Assembly: GCA_964016885.1 (NCBI GenBank)
Contig: OZ024742.1
Location: 84,134,001-84,198,000 of the forward strand
DNA: 64,000 bases
Reading direction: 5' to 3'
Source of the DNA: Eledone cirrhosa
Taxonomy: Eukaryota
Position numbers and translations under genes: made by a program. This document shows, one piece after another, positions 55,301 to 64,000 of this stretch; position 1 is the first letter of the stretch; the number at the start of each line of letters is the position of its first letter. The notes under the pieces are model-generated. The model made no database searches. It had not been told where the DNA came from and was given only the letters and a program-made list of their open reading frames with translations.

Positions 55301-55992
55301 ACAGGCACGGACGCCCCGGCAGGGATCCTTCCAAGAGGACGTGTCCAAGATGGGTGCAGGACATTGAATCAGTCCTGCACGCAATTGTACACTACCCGGG
55401 CGTAACCGACCTGTGGAACTATGCAGAACAACTGCTGTCGCGTATGGGACAAATCCAGTTGACTGCCGAGTCCATAGTAAGGATCAAACCGCCAGCCTCT
55501 TTCAAAAACGAAAGAGAGGCGGTTTTCTTCTGTACGGTGGCTATGGTGAAAGAAGTTATATGGTGGACGAGGTTGAGAGGACTGAGGACAGATGCCTTTC
55601 TCTCCGGACATCAATTGATTCTCTTCTTTAAGTATCACTTTAGAAGGAGAATCAGGGTGGAGAGAGAGGCACTGCACCTCAGTAAAATTACTGAAAGGTG
55701 GATGAATGAAGCGAAAATGGCCCGAGTGATTGGGCCTTCTCTGTTTATAAGCCTGTAGGTTGAGGAAGAGAGTAAAAGGAAGAAAGGAACACTTGCACAA
55801 CACGCTCCTGGAGTTGAGGGGTGTTCTATCGACGGGGTATTAAACAACCCATTTGTGGCGCCTCCCTCCTATTGGGGATTTCGATTGTTGTAATTGTTTG
55901 TTTTTATATTTTTTACACGACTGTATGTAAAATCCCCGGCATGTCTTTGTATTGTCCCCTTTTCTTGTGCGCCCTTGTGGCTAATAAAGAAA
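52303..55992 (+). mobile_element. Tx1-clade LINE copy 2 (ORF2 52336-55758 with multiple stops and frameshifts)
   Basis: MASLRVGTVNVRGL...AYTDD...VIWWTRL; 3'UTR gctAATAAAgaa followed by (ATCT)n. Confidence 0.92.
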
Positions 55993-56020
55993 TCTATCTA
56001 TCTATCTATCTCTCTATCTC

Positions 56021-56070
<50 letters not shown>

Positions 56071-56114
56071 CATTTATCTATCTACCTACCTCTCTGTATA
56101 TATATCGATATATT

Positions 56115-56244
<130 letters not shown>

Positions 56245-57339
56245 ATGTATATATCTAGCTATCCATATCTATCTATATATGTGTCTACCTATCTATATAT
56301 TTCCGTCAATTATTTTCTATCTCACTATCAATTTTCCAGTTATTTTACCGTCTCTTTCTATATATGTATATACACAATCTAATTTGTATATTACTAATAT
56401 ATCCCAGATGATTGACGCAGCATGAAGGAATAGTTAAAAAGTTCATTTTACAATCATTAAGTCCCACGTTTGATCATACTGCGTGCCATTTAAATAACAT
56501 GTCATTTACTTCAGCATCTGGTCAGTCCAGGCTTAATTAGCAAAATTGAGTAGATGTGAAGCTTTTAGAAGTACGTCAGATTGACAGTATATGTAATTAA
56601 AAGGGCCAGCCTTGTGATAAATTATATCATGCTGAATTTCTTGAAGAATCACCATAATGGCATACGTTTTTGTAAATTGTTTACACATGTCTACGTTCAT
56701 ATTACGAGTAGATAATTATGGGATCAAATAACTAGGACACATGTCAAATCTTGATTTAAAGCTTCCTGATAGAACCTTCGCTTAGAGATAAAATGAAGAG
56801 ACGTAATAAAAACGACAAACAATTCGTGGACAATAAAACACTTCAGCAACCTATGCTATTTTAAGGAGTGCACGAAGAAAGCAGTAAAATCAAATATCAG
56901 ATAAATTGTGGAGTAAAGCCACAGGGCTTAATATGAAAAAATACGAAGGTCCCAATTCTTCTTATGTATTCTACATAAAATATTACTCAATATCATCCTT
57001 TAACAACATAAACAACGACAATATTTTTCTCTACGTCAGCTATTTTATTAAGATCAATCAATATATGTGGCTGGTTTCTACTATTATCTTTCTCTCGTTC
57101 GCCTGGCATAATACGGAAAGTAAAATATTTTGACCATTGTATAGGAATCTGTTTGGCAGTTTACCATGCCATAAATACAAAGAATCTGTCTGTTCGTATT
57201 ATAACATATGAAATAAGACAGAAGCTGGTGATGTTAAGGAAAATTTGCCAAAGATATTTCATTAAGCAGAAGATTAAAAAGAAGTTGATTTTTAGGATTT
57301 GTTGTACTGTTGTTTGATTTCTAGGATCGATTCCTGACA

Positions 57340-58100
57340 ATAAAAAAGATAATAATATAACCTACAATCTCACTTGGAGCTTACTGTCCAGAGCTAACCC
57401 TTACACGGGAGGACGCCGTCCGTGTAACTTATGCTCGGAGGAAACATTACAAATACTGTTTTCGAAGGACCAACTCCTAAACAAGAAAGACGAACTGGTA
57501 ACCGCATGCAAACACAGATTGCGTAGGACCTACCTCGCCCTCAAACCCCATAACGACCCAGCTGGGTAGACAAGGGCTGATATCCCCCCCCTCCCCTCCA
57601 CTTGCCGAATAAGTTAGGGGAAACCCCTGCTTACATAGTAAGAAGTACCTCTTTTCTTTTCCTCTACGTTTCATTCTCCCCCGTCTCATTCTATCACTTC
57701 CTTCCACCCCCGATCTTCTTCCTCGTCTGTCTTTCCCCTTTCGCCTACCCCGATGCAGCCCATCGGTCTTCTTTAGCCTCACTACCCCCACCCCTGTATT
57801 TTTAAGATAAAATTGGCCGATTACGCTTTACTAACTATTTATAACAGATGTGTTAGACCCCTGTAATTTATCCTTTTTTTTACAATTTCAATATTTCTCA
57901 TTTAGTAGTTTCTTATCTCTACTTATTAACCTGTAAATGTAAGATAGCATTGGCTGATTACGCTTTACTAACTATTTATAGTAGCTGTGTTAGACCCCTT
58001 GAAAAGTTTGCATTATATTTTTCACGACCCACTCTTACATTCTCTTATTTAGTATTTTATACTCTCTACTTATTAAACTTTCCTATAGCTTTGCCGTACC
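57340..58100 (+). mobile_element. PLE 3' fragment (GIY-YIG C-terminus plus UTR)
   Basis: YNLTWSLLSRANPYTGGRRPCNLCSEETLQI..LLNKKDELVTACKH. Confidence 0.75.
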
Positions 58101-58309
58101 AGCAACACCTACTAATTATAGCAGCTGTTTATAGACTCTATTTGTATTTGCTTTTTTCATTTCTCAATATATAACTTTTATTTTCATTGTCTTCGACTTA
58201 CCTATTCTTTATACTCCCCTCCTCCTTTTCCCTAGAACATTCTTTCATACACTATCCTTAGAATCTGTTGTATATATTTCACTTTCAACGCCTGACTGGC
58301 TTTACTCAC

Positions 58310-58402
58310 TCCCGCCGAGGTTAACTTTGCCTTTCATTCTTACGGGATCGATAAAATAAAGTACCAGTAATGCTGGCCTTGTGCCAAAAGTAGAAACAAT
58401 TA
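58310..58402 (+). mobile_element. 5'-truncated SINE
   Basis: shared SINE core and tail. Confidence 0.85.
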
Positions 58403-58617
58403 TCAACTCTATAGTTAAGAGCGTTTCTAACAGAGTGTTCACCCTGTCGGCTAATAGGTCTATCTTCACCCAGCACGCTGAATACTACAACTCCGCACTA
58501 GAAAGGGCTGGATACAAAGATAAGATCATATATAACGACCTGACCAGCAGTAAAATGTTACACAATCAACACAAGCCTTTAGCAACATCTATTAACTATA
58601 ACGCCGCCTCCCCCTAG
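58400..58617 (+). mobile_element. PLE RT-thumb fragment
   Basis: IINSIVKSVSNRV..SANRSIF..AEYYNSALERAGY, similar to the 29309 ORF. Confidence 0.75.
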
Positions 58618-59624
58618 AGTAACTACCACGCAAAGATCACCACTACCCGACAAACCAGGCAATGGCACATACCACTGCTAAGGAGGTAAAGCCATGCCCT
58701 CCTATCCTCCGAACGACTCCACGCCTAGCACACAAATACGTTTTAATAAAGACCAAAGATTAAATGGTAGAAACCAAACCAAAGCACCCGAGGCAATTAC
58801 GCCTGACCACCCAAGGAAATTACGTCTGACCACAACACAACCACAAACACACCAAACTCCAACAACCACACTAAACATCATAGAACCCGTACTCGATACA
58901 CGTTGCTACCAATGTCCCAGGAACACGCGGGGGTGGCTATATGGAAAAGCTGTTTTGATTATCTTGTACACCGGTACACGCACGACACGCTCTCATACAT
59001 ATCATACGTATTACCCATAGTCTCCGATACCCCCGCGTACAGACATACACATGTCTGTATCCCTGCATATCTACGCACTAGCGAAACATGCGTGCTCATA
59101 GGCCCGCATATCCATACGACTATATCAGTGTGCAGGGGTGTACGCAAATATATCTATACACATAAACACGTGTGGATCCGCATGCGCTAATATTGCGCCT
59201 AGATAGCTATCGTATGGGAATAAATGGTGGTAAACAAATTTTTTTAAAGAATATGGGGAGGGTAAAAGTGTGCTAGAAAATACGTGTAATGTTAAATAAC
59301 GGTAGTGAAATTGGTGATACAAATGGAAGTGATGAAATCAAATGTGGTAATGTGTAAGGTGCTGGTGGTTTGTGTGTGCCTCATGGGTGTGCGGTACGTG
59401 TTGGTGTGGGTGGGAGTGGTGGATATATGGTGATATGTTTAGTGGTGAGGGACATGATTAAAGATGCAATATAATATTAACAAGGATAACAGTGGTAATG
59501 ATTGTAAGTATGGTAATGGGGACGATGCTAACATTGATGAGATATGAAAAATATTTATTATGAAGTTGTCTTTGTTCAGGTTGTTACGCTTTGGTCTGAC
59601 CGTGGTTCCTGTTCAAATACCAAG

Positions 59625-60060
59625 ACGGAGAAAGTATGTTTCTTGGTGTGTCAGCAGTTTATGAGGATTTCCGATCTCAAATTGATAGCCGATTTTAATT
59701 TAATGACCTCTGACGATTCCGCCAGGCACAACCTGCAGTGGCTTCCTCCAGTGGAAGTTGGACCACGCCTCTCCTTACGTACTATTTGATCTGGTATTTC
59801 AGGCTCCTATCCTTGAGAACCCAGATCAAGTCGACCAGCCTGGTTTGGGAACGATTATGTCTGTGGTCGAAGGAGCCTCTGTGGTTGCACAGTCACTCCT
59901 TAAAGGTTGTTGAGGTTGCGCCAATATAGGTGTATTCATTGCGTCCAGCAATAACATCGTACTGGTATGCAATGTTCCCGATGAGGCACTTCCCGCTCAG
60001 TGGAAATTCCTCTGCCTTTTTGTAGTTGCACCTAGGGGCGATTGCATTATTGTTATGTTG
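59625..60060 (-). mobile_element. PLE GIY-YIG fragment
   Basis: CNY..PLSGKCLIGNIAY..YTYIGATSTTFKE..NHRGSF..TRLVDLIW..CLAES..INLRSEI. Confidence 0.75.
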
Positions 60061-61358
60061 CTGGTTGGTCCCGTTTTAGTTGGAGTTAGCGTGTTGTTGA
60101 GCATTGTTGCGTGTTATCTGTGTGGTGTTATTTTTAGCTGTGTTAGTGGTTGCTTGGGGTGCTTGCTTGTGTTTGTGTATTTTGGTCCTATTAGTGTATG
60201 TAATGGTGTTGGCTAGATTGGGTGTTGTGGAGAAGGAGAATTTTACTGTGTGTCTGTTAAAGAGCTTGTGGTATTTGTGTGTGGGTGGAAAGGATTGGTC
60301 AAGGGCCCTGAAGAATGTTTCTGGGACATTGGTAGCAACTTGTGTCGACTACGAGTCATTGTACCTTGTAACGGTTCTGCTCCGGATTCTATGACGTGTA
60401 TGAATGTATGTGTGTGTGGCTTGGTGTATCTTGTGTGTATGCGTGTCTGAAGTGATATATACACTTGTATGTATGTTTATATACATATATGCATAGATGT
60501 GCGTGAATGGGTGCGTGTCTCTGTGTCTGTGTGTACACATGTATATTTATATATTTTAATATTCTTCGCACCATATGCACGGCACAACTGTTTTGTATTT
60601 ACCCAAACAGTTAATTTAGCAACTTTTTCATTTATTTGTTTATAGTGTTTTCAAACACTAACCACACCCATTCATTCATTACAGTAAAAATACCCCTTTA
60701 AGGAAATACATAAATAATTTACAACAAATCCCCACCCCTAACATAGGATAACCTACTTTCCTTATATTTCTCCTTTTCTCTTACCCTTCTTCTCTCCGGA
60801 AAACCGGTAACCAACATAACCCCCCTCTACTATAGCACCGCACTCTTTCATCTCCCACCACGCATAACCAACCACACCCAGCACCTTCACCTCACCATAT
60901 ACACGCCAAATTGTCTATGATAAACCAAAACACCACATCCCCGCAACTCACACCAACCATCGCTCCCCACCAACACCTCTTCCTTATAATCCCCCCACCT
61001 ATCACTCATGTCAAAACATTCCTCATAGCAAAACCACCAATCAAAACAACAGGAACTGACCACCATATGAATCCGAATCGTTACTGACATCTCTATGCCC
61101 TATATGTTCATTTTGTCATTACCACAGCAGAGTTCCGTCGAGCCTTTGATTCCAGAGTCGGGCCAGATCAATACAGATCGAACCATGAGCTGATAAATAA
61201 CTAAGCGCGCGCCACTACTCAATAAACGCAATGAAGACATAACAAATCGTCCTTTTATTATTCTATTTACACCTTGTTTAGCTCTACACCTCGTTACAGA
61301 CGTGAACCTACGCCTCGAGTGCTCATGTGGGTGAACCTACAGTAACTGCACGTTACAC

Positions 61359-61518
<160 letters not shown>

Positions 61519-62395
61519 CATATATAATGGTGTAGTGGTTAGGAAATTAAATGAGAGAGAGAGAGAGAGTTTAAAGCAGAATCTATTCCAGTACCAGACT
61601 ACTACTTTTTAACGACCCGGGAATGACAGAAGGTAAAATTGACCTCTGTGGGCTTTGTATTGAGAAAGCAATCTGCGTGTTAATATTGCTTATAATAAAT
61701 TGCTATTATTGTTATTGCAGTTGCTTTTCACCCTTAAATCACCCAGGAGTTGTTCAAGCAGATTAATGATGAACGGGCCTTTAGCGATGACCATCCTGTT
61801 TTTTGTGTATCTGAGATACATCGTTGAATATTTCCGTCCCATTTTAAAGATAATAGGTTGTGACTCAAAGGTGATTTATTTATAGGAGAACGGGCGACTG
61901 AGGAAGACAATCTCTTATTGACACGAATGTCCATACATTAAATGTAGTATTTTCAAACATTAAAACTCGGAATTGCAAACCATTGATTTCATCTGAAGAT
62001 ATCGGCAAATAATTTCTTTAATAAAAATGTCATTAAACTGTAGACATTATGAAACTGTGTAATGATATTTTGGCGCACGGAAGCAAATAAATGCCCACGT
62101 CTAAACAAAAGCCACTGCAGTCGAAACACGATAAGCAGACGCACTCTATAATTTGAAAGAAAGAACAACATCTAATCCATTCGATTTCGCTCAACATCAA
62201 CAACGGACTGACTACTTTATATGGCTTAACCTCATTGCAGCATTACATCATCTTCAGATTATGTGCTAACATACTACTTTACAGATTAATTCTAAATATA
62301 TAACTCAGAAAATATAGATTTCTAAGATGATCAATACAAGATCATCACCAGCAAATACGTGGTGTAGCTTCAAAATAGAAAAATACTTCAAAGTA

Positions 62396-62433
<38 letters not shown>

Positions 62434-63227
62434 TCACAAACACACACACATATATATATACACATACACAGAAAAATGTAGTTGTATTACTCTGCTCACA
62501 CACACATACACACACATATATATGTATATACGAGAAATATTATATCGTGCTAACGTATATTACATAGTGAAATGATATATTGCTTCGTGAAATTTATTGT
62601 ATATATCAGCCTTATATTTCTTCACTCTACGAGGAATAATAATCGCGTCAATAATATAATAGTTATTCAGATCGATTATAAAAATTTAATAGCTGCTGTC
62701 TTCCTCTTTTTCTTTCTTTCTCTCTTCCTGCTTCTCTCAACACATCTATTTCACTTCACGTACACTGATCTACGTACCATGGCACACACATATACATTAC
62801 TTTCAACTAATAATATTTATTTTATATCTAACCAATGCTGTATCATCGGTATGGATTGTATTGAGTTTTTTGCTTACAAACATAAGCATATATACAGACG
62901 TAGATATATACACACACACATGCATACATAGATATATAATTACGTACACACGCACGCACATACAAGCACATATATGAACATACGTATATTTATCTAATAT
63001 AATGCAATATATATATATATATATATATATATAGAAGGTGAGTAATATTGTAGAACAATAAAACTATGCATATATCAGATAAGTAGCACTCAACAGTTGG
63101 TAGAACTAGAGTATATATTAAAGAGGAAATTAAAAGATGGTTAAAAAGTTCCATATATTTTATTATGCGCATTCCGAAAACAACATCATCCTGGGACAAA
63201 AATTGTGTTCTCATCAGATAAAATAAT

Positions 63228-63271
63228 TGTTTCTACTTTAGGCACAAGGCCAGGAATTACCCAGTGCAGTA
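63228..63271 (-). mobile_element. Tiny SINE 3' end with 16-bp TSD
   Basis: catcagataaaataat 63212-63227 and catcagatgaaataat 63272-63287. Confidence 0.8.
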
Positions 63272-63810
63272 CATCAGATGAAATAATGTAATATGATATG
63301 AGGCCTAAAAAACACTTGTCAACAAGAAAGTGTCCAGTCTACATGTATATATATATATATAATAAAACTTGTCTATAGAATCACCAGATAAAATATATAC
63401 CATTTCCTCTCCCAATTAGTATAATTAACCATGTAAAAATTCGATTAGACCAAGCTATAAGAATAAAGGCTTCTATTGAGAAATCTCCAACAAATAACCG
63501 AAAGCAGCCCTTCGCGTCGGTTGCGACGGAGTATTTATCGAGTATTTCGACAGCGTGTATAAATCGCTCAGATATACAGTCAACTAAACAGAATTAGGTG
63601 TACAATAAACTAGGAGAAAAGTGAACATATTTAGTTACCTCTACCATGGTTTCGTTTTATAGTGAGCAAAGGCACTGCACAAAGCCAGTCCTACTCTCTT
63701 AACCAAGATGATATTTACCAAAAAGAAGAACAAGTCGACATCATTGGATACCATATGTATATATATCATCATTGGATACCATATGTATGTATACATATAT
63801 ACATGCATAC

Positions 63811-63860
<50 letters not shown>

Positions 63861-64000
63861 GAAAGGTATAGAAAACACTGCAGCGAAAAGCGAACAGCAT
63901 ACCGTAGTATATAAGTGACTATAGCGTCAAAATGGGAAAAATAGTTTACGTAAGATGTGGGAAAAATAATTTAAACTCACATAAAGAGAATCAGGATATA

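Noticed and set aside
50513-55803. Alternative-frame and antisense ORFs over the Tx1 elements
   Set aside because: Shadow ORFs of GC-rich coding sequence
61721-61870. 150-nt open AG..GT segment
   Set aside because: Weak donor, no recognisable protein, expected by chance

Overview
AT-rich eukaryotic (animal) DNA packed with (TA)n, (CA)n, (GA)n and (AGT)n microsatellites. The SINE families resemble those I recall from octopod cephalopods, so the host assignment is an inference. I could not support any host protein-coding gene; nearly all listed ORFs are microsatellite artefacts or transposon remnants. The window holds several Penelope-like elements (PLEs; RT plus GIY-YIG, mostly with a Naiad-type CxCx5C linker), two tandem GC-rich Tx1-clade LINEs (48.4-56.0 kb), decayed RTE, Vingi/Ingi-like and R4/Dong-like LINEs, a maT-type mariner, a MITE, a solo LTR and many SINEs. 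The main hidden signal is about 20 minimal type I hammerhead ribozyme (HHR) motifs, about half of them with intact cores, some with compensatory base changes. Three non-coding repeat families (units of about 431, 465 and 324 bp) each carry an ATGCAAAT octamer 88-100 nt upstream of an HHR. They are arranged as a partial tandem plus an inverted copy whose 3' end abuts (TA)n. This fits candidate self-transcribing, self-cleaving, PLE-mobilised retrozymes. All alignments and folds were done by eye, so coordinates may be off by a few bases.
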